NCBI GenBank assembly: GCA_016183175.1
Contig: JACPFC010000026.1
Span: 41,907-105,906 of the forward strand
Direction: 5' to 3'
Length of the DNA stretch: 64,000 bases
DNA from: Deltaproteobacteria bacterium
GTDB taxonomy: Bacteria; UBA10199; SBBF01
Positions within the stretch are counted from its first letter, which is position 1. Each line of letters opens with the position of its first letter. Below are positions 10,035 to 19,432 of this stretch, in pieces. The position numbers and the translations under genes are program-made. The notes under the pieces were generated by a model that did not search any database, was not told where the DNA came from, and was given only the letters and a program-made list of their open reading frames with translations.

Positions 10035-10037
10035 CCT

Positions 10038-10793
10038 TTAATACCAGATCCTTCCCGCGCCCGAATCGATCCGGTTGTTGAGGGCGTTGATCTCCGGATG
10101 GGAGCGAAGATACGCGATAATCTTTTCTATGGAGACGGGCTTGTCGGGATTCAGCCGGAGATCTTCGTACACCCTGCGTAAAACGATCAGATCCTCGGGC
10201 CAGTCAACGGTCAGACGCACGTCCCCGCTTCGGACCTCCTCCGGGACACCCTGTTTTTTTATCTTGAACTGGTCGGGGTGTTCATGAATGTATGAAGTGC
10301 AAAACTCACTCCGGTGCCTCTTTTCCCCCAGCTCCCAGCTTTTCTTCAGGGCATCGTAACGGATAATTTCGTAGTAGGCCCCATCGGGGACTCCCAAAAT
10401 GACGGAATGGTCGAGGCCGTTGTCGCAATGATGCCGGTAGACCTCCTCAAGGTTATCGAGGTAGCAATACGGACTCTCCGTTGTCACACGGAACACCTGG
10501 TCGGCTTGCACCGATTCCGCGCCCCGTAACAGCCGGCCAAGGGCATCATGATCATCCCCGATGACAAAGGGAATCTCGTGGCGACGCGCGACTGTCCGAT
10601 AGACGGCATTTTCTTCCTTCTCGGAAATGGCCAGGACAATGCCTGAAAGGATGGGGATCTGCTTCAATTGACGGATCAGGAAATCGAGAATGGTCAGGCC
10701 CGTTTTGACATCCAGGGTTTGAAGCGGTTTCGCATACAGGCGAAGCGATTGATTGCGGCACGCCAGGACCGCCGCCATTTTTCCGGCTTTCAT
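10038..10793 (-). CDS. Acylneuraminate cytidylyltransferase family (CMP-nonulosonic acid synthetase, PseF/SpsF-like)
   Basis: 251 aa. N-terminal MAAVLACRNQSLRLYAKPL resembles the CTP_transf_3 P-loop-like segment. Confidence 0.65.
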   Translation of the reverse strand: MKAGKMAAVLACRNQSLRLYAKPLQTLDVKTGLTILDFLIRQLKQIPILSGIVLAISEKEENAVYRTVARRHEIPFVIGDDHDALGRLLRGAESVQADQVFRVTTESPYCYLDNLEEVYRHHCDNGLDHSVILGVPDGAYYEIIRYDALKKSWELGEKRHRSEFCTSYIHEHPDQFKIKKQGVPEEVRSGDVRLTVDWPEDLIVLRRVYEDLRLNPDKPVSIEKIIAYLRSHPEINALNNRIDSGAGRIWY

Positions 10794-11827
10794 GAAAATT
10801 CCTCCATGGCGGCCACTGCGCGGTCCGCCCCGGCGCCGTCCACAATCTCCCGGCCGCGTCGGGACATCGTTGTCCGCCGGGCGGGATCTTCCATCAAGCG
10901 GGAGACGGCCTCCGCGATTTGGGGGATGACGACCTCCTCATGCCGCCCCAGATGCAGGGCGCATCCCGAGGCGTGCAGGCTTGACGCAATAAACCTCTGG
11001 TTTGCCGCCGTGGAGATGAGAATGGCGGGCAGTCCCAAAAAACAGATCTCCCAACAGGTGCTCCCACCGGCGCTGACGGCCAGATCCGCCCATGTCATGA
11101 GCGTCGGCATATTACCGTTCGATCCGACCAATTCATTAGAACCGTTCAGGCCGGCGATCAGGCGCCGGAGAAGGCGTTCATTCGGATTCACATCACCCGC
11201 AACAATTTTCACGCGCCATCTTCCCTGATTCACGGTCGCTATCGCTTCGATGACCCTGGCGGCCTGGTTGTGACGATCTCCCGCACCCATCGTGATTAAA
11301 ATGTTCCGGTTTCGGGGCTTTGGGGGATGGACGGCGCGCCCCCGCCGGAGAAACTCTTCCCGCAACAACGCATAGCGACTGCCCAGGAGCAGAACGGCGC
11401 CCTGCTCCGTGTTGTACGTGAACAGGTTTTCGGCGTCATGGGTCTGATTCAGGACAATATCGGCCAATTGACGTCGGTCGGCCAGTTCATCGATGCAAAA
11501 GAGGAGCGAGCCGCCTTTCTTCAAAAGGCGTTGGTATTCGGTATCAAAAGAATAACCGTCCATCACGATCCACCGGCACGATTCCGCAACGGCCATCCGG
11601 CTTGTCGCCAAGGCATCCTCCCGTAGCGGCAGACCCGATTCAAGCCGCCTTACGGTCAATTTTTGCCGTTTGAGCCCGGCTACCAGACTGTCAGACAGGG
11701 CCTGTGACACAAAAAGGACATCATGGCCTTTCCTTCGTAGCGCCTGGGCGAGGGCCAGCGAGCGCATAAAATGACCGTAACCGGCAATCGGCCCGGCATC
11801 CACCCGCATGAGAACTTTAAACGACAT
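10790..11827 (-). CDS. pseG: UDP-2,4-diacetamido-2,4,6-trideoxy-beta-L-altropyranose hydrolase (PseG)
   Basis: 345 aa. N-terminus FKVLMRVDAGPIAGYGHFMRSLALAQAL matches the PseG (GT28-like nucleotidase) N-terminal signature. Confidence 0.8.
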   Translation of the reverse strand: MSFKVLMRVDAGPIAGYGHFMRSLALAQALRRKGHDVLFVSQALSDSLVAGLKRQKLTVRRLESGLPLREDALATSRMAVAESCRWIVMDGYSFDTEYQRLLKKGGSLLFCIDELADRRQLADIVLNQTHDAENLFTYNTEQGAVLLLGSRYALLREEFLRRGRAVHPPKPRNRNILITMGAGDRHNQAARVIEAIATVNQGRWRVKIVAGDVNPNERLLRRLIAGLNGSNELVGSNGNMPTLMTWADLAVSAGGSTCWEICFLGLPAILISTAANQRFIASSLHASGCALHLGRHEEVVIPQIAEAVSRLMEDPARRTTMSRRGREIVDGAGADRAVAAMEEFS

Positions 11828-11926
11828 TGTTCAGATGCTTACTTTGCAACTTCTTTGCGTTTTACAAAGAAGTCGGCGGACGGTTTGAAGTGCCATTCGG
11901 ATCATCTGGTTGGCGGCCCTGCCGCC

Positions 11927-13261
11927 TCAAGTCAATCGTTGGAAACCGGCCGCGGCCGGTGGACCCTTCAGGGACTCTTCAACCCGGTCGGATTGCAGGA
12001 GATCGGCCATTTCTTTAAAAACCTCATCGGCGGCCTTCAGGTATGAGGCGACCTGTTCCGCCTGGTGGGCATACATCGAGTAGAAGGCGGTGGAAGCAAG
12101 ATAACCTCTCTCCAGCATTCGCTGAACAAACAGGGCCTTGAGGGCAAGTTTCTTCGCATCCTGAAATTCAAGATGACCCATTGGCAGGATCCCTCCCACC
12201 TGGAGCGGCAACCGGCGCCTTTCGCCCAAAGTCCGCCAACCGGTTTGCACGGTTCCTCCGATCTCGGCCAAATGTTCCTGCACCCGGTAGCGGCGGTATT
12301 TTCGGATCATCGCTAGGGCCGCCGTGGGGCCGATCCGTTCGGTCCAGTAGGTGCTGCTGATGAAGGTATTCTGGGCCGCTTCCATGACTTCCGCCCGTCC
12401 AATGACCGCTCCGATCGGGTAGCCGTTCCCCAGGGCCTTGGAGAATACCGCCATGTCGGGGGTCACGCCCAGGACGAGGTGCGCCCCTCCGCACGCCAAC
12501 CGGAACCCGGATGAAATCTCGTCAAAGATGAGAACCGCCCCGACCTCGTCCGCTGTCGCCCGCACCTTCTCCAGAAAGCCGGGGAGGGGTTGGGTGTTGC
12601 GAATCGGCTCCATGACGATGGCGGCGATTTCCCGTTTATGTCGGGCCATGATCGTGTTTAATTCATCGGGACAATTATAGCGGAAGGGGAGGGCCGTCCC
12701 CTTCAAACCTTGCGGAACCCCCGCAGGTTTGAGGCCCGATAGAAGATGCTCCCCAAGGGCGTTTTCGGTCCCCAGGTTTGCCGCCAGATACCAATCGTGC
12801 CAACCATGATAACCGCAAAAGGCGATCTTGTCGCGGCCGGTATGGCATCGCGCAATGCGGACGGCGATCGCCATCGATTCTCCTCCGGTGCGCGCGAACC
12901 GCGCCATCTCCGCCCAGGGATGAAGTTCGCACAACAGTTCGGCCAACTCGACCTCTTCCGGGCCGTTGAGCGTGCAACTCGTTCCGGCCTCAAGGGTCTC
13001 TTTGACGGCGGCGTCGACATCCGGGTCGGCGTATCCGAGGACATTGGCGCCGATTCCGCCCAGACTCATGTCGATATAACGATTACCGTCCAGATCCCAG
13101 ACCTCGGCGCCCTTTGCGCGACTGAAGTACCCCGGCCACACTCCCGGCGCAAACTGATCGGGTCTCTTGGAGAGGAGCTGTGTCATGCCCGGAATTCTCC
13201 TCCGGGCCCGCTCCTGCATCCGGAGTCCTGCCGTAATCTTGCTTTTCAAGTCCGATGACAT
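11927..13261 (-). CDS. Class-III aminotransferase (glutamate-1-semialdehyde aminomutase-like)
   Basis: 444 aa with class-III PLP aminotransferase architecture (…FDEISSGFR…, HemL-like). Confidence 0.75.
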   Translation of the reverse strand: MSSDLKSKITAGLRMQERARRRIPGMTQLLSKRPDQFAPGVWPGYFSRAKGAEVWDLDGNRYIDMSLGGIGANVLGYADPDVDAAVKETLEAGTSCTLNGPEEVELAELLCELHPWAEMARFARTGGESMAIAVRIARCHTGRDKIAFCGYHGWHDWYLAANLGTENALGEHLLSGLKPAGVPQGLKGTALPFRYNCPDELNTIMARHKREIAAIVMEPIRNTQPLPGFLEKVRATADEVGAVLIFDEISSGFRLACGGAHLVLGVTPDMAVFSKALGNGYPIGAVIGRAEVMEAAQNTFISSTYWTERIGPTAALAMIRKYRRYRVQEHLAEIGGTVQTGWRTLGERRRLPLQVGGILPMGHLEFQDAKKLALKALFVQRMLERGYLASTAFYSMYAHQAEQVASYLKAADEVFKEMADLLQSDRVEESLKGPPAAAGFQRLT

Positions 13262-14445
13262 GAAGTCTTCAGCGCCGAATAAACTTCTTTATAGAGAAAC
13301 GCCTTTCTCACAAGGGGCTCCTCAAACATAAAGTCCGGTGAGAGCAGAAGTCCCCGCCGGAGGAATTCAAATCCATAATCTTTTTCAGGCAGACCGAAGT
13401 CGGTCCGCCATGACTTCGGCTCTTGTCCGTCTTTGATGAGGGCGGAAAGTATCCCGGGATCCAGCGGGGCGGATTCGGAATGATCCAGCGGTTCATATCC
13501 AAAGAACTCCATCTCAAACCCGCAAATAAAGTCGATCAACCGGACCTGGTCGTTTGGGAGGTGTTGGCGCCATCGGCCGATGCGATGCTCTTTAAAACCG
13601 TGGGCCACAGGCTCAAAACTGCTGTAACCATTGTAAGTCTCTCCCGTTGCGGGATCGACATACTTGTGGGTATCCAGCATATCCGGGTGAAAAGGGATCT
13701 CGAGAAAGCGGCACAGCTCTTTGCATTTTCCCTCCGGATCCCGGATGAGATCCTCATAGCGCAAAAGGACGAGCCGGTTTCGAAACACCGGAAGCGTTTG
13801 ATAGTAGAGGGCGCAGGCCATCTGTTTTCTGATGCACCGCGCGTAGGATGCAATATGCCCTCTCTCGGAAGAGTTCGAAACGTGCAGATTGGAAGCGATG
13901 ACGGCGCGCGGATCCCGGAGGATGATCAAAAACCGCCCCTCCGGGAAGGCGTTGGCGAGCGGCAAAAGAAATTCGACCGTCCAATTTTCGTGCAGTCCGA
14001 CCCATTGGGTTTTGGCGCCCTTTCGCGTCTTTTGAATGAGCCGCAAGCCGTTGAGAAAAAAATCGCGATAGGTGTCCCCGACAAGGGAATCCATCAGGGG
14101 GACAAGATCCCCCGAAGAGAGCCGCGCCCTCTGCCGGAGCAGGTCCAGCAGGGCGGGCCGCTCCTGGCGCTGAAACGGGACATCCAGGGGGGCATTCTGA
14201 ATGGCGTCCAGCACGTCAAGCTGTTCTTGGGAAAAATAGTAATCCGCGAAGGGCGCATCGGGGTTGTTGCAGGTTTGCCTCATTTTTTCCGAACCGTGAT
14301 GTCTGATAATGGCCGACCGGTAAGAACGGAAAAGGGGAAGAAAGGGATCCAGGGCGATATCCACCAGGGGACTGACGGACAACATACGGGTCACAAGACC
14401 CGTTCCCCCCCGCGCCGTTCCGGTTGAAAACAGGCAAGGAGTCAT
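13246..14445 (-). CDS. Sulfotransferase family protein
   Basis: 399 aa. N-terminal FSTGTARGGTGLVTRML is a PAPS-binding loop, paralogous to the partial gene at 1..295. Confidence 0.65.
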   Translation of the reverse strand: MTPCLFSTGTARGGTGLVTRMLSVSPLVDIALDPFLPLFRSYRSAIIRHHGSEKMRQTCNNPDAPFADYYFSQEQLDVLDAIQNAPLDVPFQRQERPALLDLLRQRARLSSGDLVPLMDSLVGDTYRDFFLNGLRLIQKTRKGAKTQWVGLHENWTVEFLLPLANAFPEGRFLIILRDPRAVIASNLHVSNSSERGHIASYARCIRKQMACALYYQTLPVFRNRLVLLRYEDLIRDPEGKCKELCRFLEIPFHPDMLDTHKYVDPATGETYNGYSSFEPVAHGFKEHRIGRWRQHLPNDQVRLIDFICGFEMEFFGYEPLDHSESAPLDPGILSALIKDGQEPKSWRTDFGLPEKDYGFEFLRRGLLLSPDFMFEEPLVRKAFLYKEVYSALKTSCHRT

Positions 14446-14450
14446 GGATT

Positions 14451-15170
14451 CTAGGTTTTCAGGTCCTCCGGCGTGTCAATTTCCCTCCATCCGCCGGAAA
14501 TCGGCACGGCCTTCACAGGCACGGAAAGATGGATGAGGTGCTGAATAAATGTCGTCATGTACATCTGATCGAATCGGGCGCCGTCATAGAGGCGATCACG
14601 GTCCATCCGGCGGTAAAGCGCGCGAATCCTATTCGTGATCGAGCGTCGGATTTTAAGAAGTCCTATATATTGCCCCTGGATTTCCTGATATGTCGCCGGC
14701 TTCTTCCCGATCTCCAAAATATACCCCTGTCGATTGAGCTTAAGCGTCTCGGCATCCTTGAGGGGGTCGAGCCCTCTTCTTGACCAGAGGGTTTTCCATT
14801 CCTTGTCGACAACAACGGCAAAGTCGGAAGGCTCGTCGATCAGCGTTTGAAGAATAGCAGGCTCGTAAACGATATCTGCATAAGAAATAATGACGTCATC
14901 ATCCATTTCCTGTTCCGCGCAGAATAACGTGGCGACCATGTTTGTTGCGGCATACCGCTCATTGAGGATGCTTTTTGCGCCGTCCGTTTTCAAGGCCTCC
15001 GCCTTATATCCCTTGACAACCGTAATATCGTCGATCCGGCAGTGTCGCAGGGTCTCCAAAATGCGGGTAATCATCGGCTTGCCGTTGTAGGCGACCATCG
15101 CCTTGGGGCGATCATCGGTCAGGGGACCGAGTCGCGACCCCCGACCCGCGGCAAGGATGATGGCCTTCAT
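14451..15170 (-). CDS. Sugar-phosphate nucleotidyltransferase (NTP_transferase; LicC/PtmE-like)
   Basis: 239 aa. N-terminal MKAIILAAGRGSRLGPLT is the nucleotidyltransferase G-rich loop. Confidence 0.75.
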   Translation of the reverse strand: MKAIILAAGRGSRLGPLTDDRPKAMVAYNGKPMITRILETLRHCRIDDITVVKGYKAEALKTDGAKSILNERYAATNMVATLFCAEQEMDDDVIISYADIVYEPAILQTLIDEPSDFAVVVDKEWKTLWSRRGLDPLKDAETLKLNRQGYILEIGKKPATYQEIQGQYIGLLKIRRSITNRIRALYRRMDRDRLYDGARFDQMYMTTFIQHLIHLSVPVKAVPISGGWREIDTPEDLKT

Positions 15171-15181
15171 CGATCAGGATT

Positions 15182-15778
15182 TCACCGGGTGTAAAATTCT
15201 CTCACGAACTCGATGTCCGGGGGCGCGAACGGGTGGATCCTTTCCGGGTGCCACATGAGTCCTTGAATGGGTCTCGTTTTATGCCGAACCGCCTTGACGA
15301 CTCCGTCAGGGGCCGCCGCCCATACATCCAAAACATCGGTTGTTTCAGTCGTCCCCATCCTGTGGTAGCTGGGAACTTCCCGCTCGGTTCCGTTCACGGT
15401 GATCTTGAGTGTTGGTGTTATGTGGCCCTCAACCTGGGTCAACCGGATTCCAAAGAAATGCTGGATCAGTTGCATTCCTCTGCAAATGCCGAGAAGCGGC
15501 AGATTCCTGTCCAACGCATGCTTGAGGAGAAACAGCTCGGTTTCGTCGCGCTCCGGGGCATCCCCCCCATAGTCAAGAAGGTTATTTCCACCCGTCAACA
15601 GGATTCCATGACAGGCGATCGATCGTACGAGCGACTCGGCCGATCTCACATGATTGGGAATGGGATAAGGAGTGAATCCGCATTGTAAAAGGAAGGCGAT
15701 CCATCGCTGATCCAGTTGATCGCGACGCTCCCTGTTCTCCGAGGTTCCCACGCGCTGGGTGACGCCGATGAACCTCAT
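15182..15778 (-). CDS. Class I glutamine amidotransferase (peptidase C26 / gamma-glutamyl hydrolase family)
   Basis: 198 aa with the GICRGMQL nucleophile elbow and a downstream WHPE histidine motif. Confidence 0.75.
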   Translation of the reverse strand: MRFIGVTQRVGTSENRERRDQLDQRWIAFLLQCGFTPYPIPNHVRSAESLVRSIACHGILLTGGNNLLDYGGDAPERDETELFLLKHALDRNLPLLGICRGMQLIQHFFGIRLTQVEGHITPTLKITVNGTEREVPSYHRMGTTETTDVLDVWAAAPDGVVKAVRHKTRPIQGLMWHPERIHPFAPPDIEFVREFYTR

Positions 15779-18132
15779 CGGATGACGGATACCCTCTTGT
15801 CGGAACAGTCGATATCAAGCATCTCGGCCTTTGCCCATCTTGAATAGAAAATTTCCCCGGCGCCGATCACCGCCGGAACGCCAAGTTCACCCGCCCGGAC
15901 AGCCATGTGGGAGTTGGCCCCGCCGTACATCGTAATCAACGCGGCGATGCGACGGGAGAAAACCCAGTCATAGCCCGGGTCCGCGCTCGGTATCATGAGA
16001 ATACTGCCGACGAGTTTTTGGCGGTTCTCATGGTGGACGTGGGCCACCGGGCCTCTGGCCTTTTGGAGGGTGATAAAATTCGGCGCGCTCTCGGGCAGGT
16101 GGAAATGCCATACATCCTCCGGTTTCGTAATCAGGGGGGGCAGGGACAGGCTTCTTGTGAGCGAATAATTTTCCTGTCCCGAGGCGATGCTTTTCTTCAA
16201 AACCGACGCGGCATCCGCGCTCGACGAATAAAGCTCCTTGATGCAGTTGATATCCGCGTAGGAGCATTGTTCAGGGCTGAATCCGTTTTCATTCCCCAGT
16301 TCCCTGAATAATTTGAGGATCTCGCTGACGTTGACGGTAAAGATAAATTTGGCATATTCCCTTGCCGCGACGGCCTTGCCGATGAAATCATAAAGCTCAT
16401 GGGCATCCAGTTGCAACGGGTGATGTTTCAGAAGTTTGCCGGTTTGCCGCAGTTGATCCGGAGACGGAATAAATCGGCGATTTTCCCGGCGGTTCTTTTT
16501 TGGGGAGGGGGCCCATGTGAAGTACTGATCGGGTTCCTCGTCGTACCGGGGGGACAGAATGTCGTAGGTCCCGGGCCTCAAGTGGCCGTATTTTTTTAAA
16601 AAGGTCTTGCGGCTTAAATATTGAAAGTCCTGATTCATCTGTGAGCCGATCGTATTCAAACTTCTTGTAAAGAGGTCATATTCGGACCGGTTAAGGATGC
16701 CGACACGCTGTAACGATTGAAGAAGTTGCACGGCAATGAATCCGGTGCGCGCCAAACCGGCGAAGGGAAGGGTTCCGTACCGCTTGCAATCTTCCAGGAG
16801 CCAGTAGATTTTCGAGACATTGTTCTGCGGGCTTTGCATGATGACGGAATGGCGCTTTTGAAGATCATTTATCTTCTCCAGGTCCTCATGCCATAGCCCG
16901 TCTTCGCCGTGAATAATTCTGTTGGTGAGCGCGCCAAGACTTTTTTCCAAACGGGCGCAATCCGGTTTGCTGAAGCCGTTTTTCCGGAGCTCTTCGGAAC
17001 GGGCGGTGAAATCAAAGGTGTAGCACGTATAAAGAATTTCAAATTCGACCTTGTCATGGTCGGTCGGAGACTCCAGAAGAGACTTGAGGTAGTAATTCAC
17101 CAAACGCTCCGAGAGCTCGGCGTCAATATCCGCGGGAACGAATGAGTTGAAGTCAACGCGGACGTCGATGTAAGGGAATCCGTGAAAACTGATCAATAAA
17201 GGGAAGCTTCGGAGGCTTTTATAGCCGTAGTTATCCCTCTGGTAGGCCCAAATGCTGTCCGTGATCAGTTCTTTATAGAGGGACAGGGTCAGGGGACGAG
17301 GCCGAACGCCGATCATCTCGGCCGGATTCCAGTCGGGCATGACGCCATAAATGGTTTTTGAGCCGTGGAGGTATGGGTGCGGTTGCATGGATTCTTTTAT
17401 CTTGCGGTAAATCATCCCCAGGGCCTTTTCGTGCCTTTCCGTCGAGATGTCGGGTTTGGGAACACCCACGAGAGGACGGGCCTGCAGGAGATAGAGATGA
17501 CCTTCGGCGCCGACGGCAAATTCGATATCAAGAGAATCCGTTTCCAGGAGAGATTCCAGCTCCCAAACCAGTTTGACGATCCTGCCCCATTGAGGAGAAG
17601 GCGCTTTTCTGTGCTTGTAACAGTAAAACATCTTCAGGTTGTTTGATCCGCCTGAAGTGACCGTGGATGTCCCCCGGCCGGCATCATCGTAATTAACGAC
17701 GATGTAGGGTCCGCCGGTATTCGGATCCCTGCTGAAGGCCACTCCGCTTAAGGCGACATCCTGCAACATCGGTTGAAGGAACACCTGGTCCCCGTCGTTC
17801 CCGATGCCGTAAGATTGAATGACCTTTGAGATTGCCTTGCGGACCGCCCTCTCTCCGCTCACATCCTTTACAGAAAGATGGCGGCCGGCCATGGATTCCT
17901 TGAAAGAATCCTCAACATACGCACTGCTTCGCACAATCAATGGAATCTCATCCAGCCACCCGGCCTCCCGAATCCGGTGGATCATTCGGGATGGCGATTC
18001 CTCCCATTCTTTCACCGTCATCCGGATTTGAGGGAGAACCCTTGCCGACTTTAGGACCGCCTCGAGGCGTTCCAGCGTTTCCGCCTTGGTTCCAAAGCGA
18101 ACCGTCATTGAAGTTTTTTTTGGACAGTCCAC
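15775..18132 (-). CDS. PEP-utilizing enzyme (pyruvate,water dikinase-like): N-terminal ATP/PEP-binding domain plus phosphohistidine mobile domain, no TIM-barrel
   Basis: 785 aa. The C-terminus YGGANSHMAVRAGELGVPAVIGAG is the PEP-utilizing phosphohistidine motif. The N-terminal ~350 aa resemble the PPDK_N nucleotide-binding domain. Confidence 0.7.
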   Translation of the reverse strand: MDCPKKTSMTVRFGTKAETLERLEAVLKSARVLPQIRMTVKEWEESPSRMIHRIREAGWLDEIPLIVRSSAYVEDSFKESMAGRHLSVKDVSGERAVRKAISKVIQSYGIGNDGDQVFLQPMLQDVALSGVAFSRDPNTGGPYIVVNYDDAGRGTSTVTSGGSNNLKMFYCYKHRKAPSPQWGRIVKLVWELESLLETDSLDIEFAVGAEGHLYLLQARPLVGVPKPDISTERHEKALGMIYRKIKESMQPHPYLHGSKTIYGVMPDWNPAEMIGVRPRPLTLSLYKELITDSIWAYQRDNYGYKSLRSFPLLISFHGFPYIDVRVDFNSFVPADIDAELSERLVNYYLKSLLESPTDHDKVEFEILYTCYTFDFTARSEELRKNGFSKPDCARLEKSLGALTNRIIHGEDGLWHEDLEKINDLQKRHSVIMQSPQNNVSKIYWLLEDCKRYGTLPFAGLARTGFIAVQLLQSLQRVGILNRSEYDLFTRSLNTIGSQMNQDFQYLSRKTFLKKYGHLRPGTYDILSPRYDEEPDQYFTWAPSPKKNRRENRRFIPSPDQLRQTGKLLKHHPLQLDAHELYDFIGKAVAAREYAKFIFTVNVSEILKLFRELGNENGFSPEQCSYADINCIKELYSSSADAASVLKKSIASGQENYSLTRSLSLPPLITKPEDVWHFHLPESAPNFITLQKARGPVAHVHHENRQKLVGSILMIPSADPGYDWVFSRRIAALITMYGGANSHMAVRAGELGVPAVIGAGEIFYSRWAKAEMLDIDCSDKRVSVIR

Positions 18133-18875
18133 GCGCGAGTCTTGTACGGCACAACAATGCGATCGAGGCCCGAAATTTCACTTTCAATCCGGTCGAGTAT
18201 TTCCTGAAATTTGAGTTCGCCGGCCTGCGCCTGCAGGTCATTCACCGACCTCCAAACGCCGAGGTATCTTTGCCGATCCATCGTTTCTTCGTGCGGGGCC
18301 TCCATAAAGATTGGATGATGAAAGTGGCCGGTGCCGATGAGCGTTTGTTCGAGGCCCCGGGTGTATTTTTCCGCACCGGAAGAAACCCTCTTCAAACCGG
18401 GCGCCATCGCACAGACAATTTCCTCGATCCGCTTCTGCAAGGGGCTTTTTTCCAGGTCACGCGGATTCCATAAGGCGCTAAAAAACCCTCCCGGTCTTAA
18501 AATGCGGTGAAACTCGGCGAGTGCGGCGATGGAATTCGTCCAGTGAAAAGACGAGGCCATCAAAATCCAGTCGACCGAGGCATCGGACAACCCCGTTTCC
18601 TCGGCGGTTCCTTTTGACCATTTGACCCGGGAGCGATCCCTGCAAAGACGCAACCCTTCTTCCCGCATCGCCTCATTGGGCTCGATGGCATAGCCGGAAA
18701 GACCAAGATCCATGAGGATCCCGGTCAACTTGCCGGTTCCCGCCCCGATATCGGCGACGAGGAACCCGTCACGGGCGGCGTCCATGTAAAGGGCAAGGGC
18801 CTTCAGGACCTGTTTGGAATAGCCGGGTCTGTGGAAATAGTGTTTGGCGAGTTCCGTATAATCACCCGGTTTCAT
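18105..18875 (-). CDS. Class I SAM-dependent methyltransferase
   Basis: 256 aa with the SAM-binding motif I VADIGAGTGKLT. Confidence 0.8.
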   Translation of the reverse strand: MKPGDYTELAKHYFHRPGYSKQVLKALALYMDAARDGFLVADIGAGTGKLTGILMDLGLSGYAIEPNEAMREEGLRLCRDRSRVKWSKGTAEETGLSDASVDWILMASSFHWTNSIAALAEFHRILRPGGFFSALWNPRDLEKSPLQKRIEEIVCAMAPGLKRVSSGAEKYTRGLEQTLIGTGHFHHPIFMEAPHEETMDRQRYLGVWRSVNDLQAQAGELKFQEILDRIESEISGLDRIVVPYKTRAWTVQKKLQ

Positions 18876-19432
18876 AATCGCCCGTCCTCAAAGGCCGAAA
18901 AAAGGAACCGCGCCAGGGAAGCGGGCGTTTGCGTCCCGTCGTTGTCGATGATGGCGTCGGGATTTTTTGGTTCTTCCGCCGGCAGGTCGATGCCCATCAC
19001 ATTTCTTATTTTTCCCCGCAAGGCCCTGCTGTAGAGCTTTTTTGCGTCTCTCTTGATGAGGACTTTCATGGGGGCCCGGACAAAGATTTCCCTGTAATTC
19101 CTGATATGGGCCCTGTTCCACGCATGCAATGCCCGAAACAGGGAAATGGTCGCGCAAACCACGTGAATTCCCTGATCCGAAAGGACCTTGCAGAGGCGCG
19201 CGTTTCTTGCCGCTATTTTTCTGCGGTGCGCGAGCGAATGGTCGAGAGGACTGTCGAAGACCCTCCGAAGGACATCGCCATCCAGGAAAACGGCATTTTG
19301 TCTGTTTTTCTTCAGGCGCCGGTAAAACAATTTTCCGATGGTCGTCTTGCCGGCCCCCGCCAAACCGGTGAACCAGAAAACGGTTCCATGTCGGCCGTTG
19401 ATTCGGGCCTCCTGTTTTAATGGGGAGGCCAT
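18872..19432 (-). CDS. cysC: Adenylyl-sulfate kinase (APS kinase)
   Basis: 186 aa. The Walker A segment VFWFTGLAGAGKTTIGK is diagnostic of APS kinase. Confidence 0.85.
   Translation of the reverse strand: MASPLKQEARINGRHGTVFWFTGLAGAGKTTIGKLFYRRLKKNRQNAVFLDGDVLRRVFDSPLDHSLAHRRKIAARNARLCKVLSDQGIHVVCATISLFRALHAWNRAHIRNYREIFVRAPMKVLIKRDAKKLYSRALRGKIRNVMGIDLPAEEPKNPDAIIDNDGTQTPASLARFLFSAFEDGRL

Noticed and set aside
12065-13258. Small ORFs (12168..12494-, 12675..12977-, 12746..13258+) inside the class-III aminotransferase gene.
   Set aside because: Overlapping alternative-frame ORFs without motifs, inside a gene with clear PLP-aminotransferase signatures.
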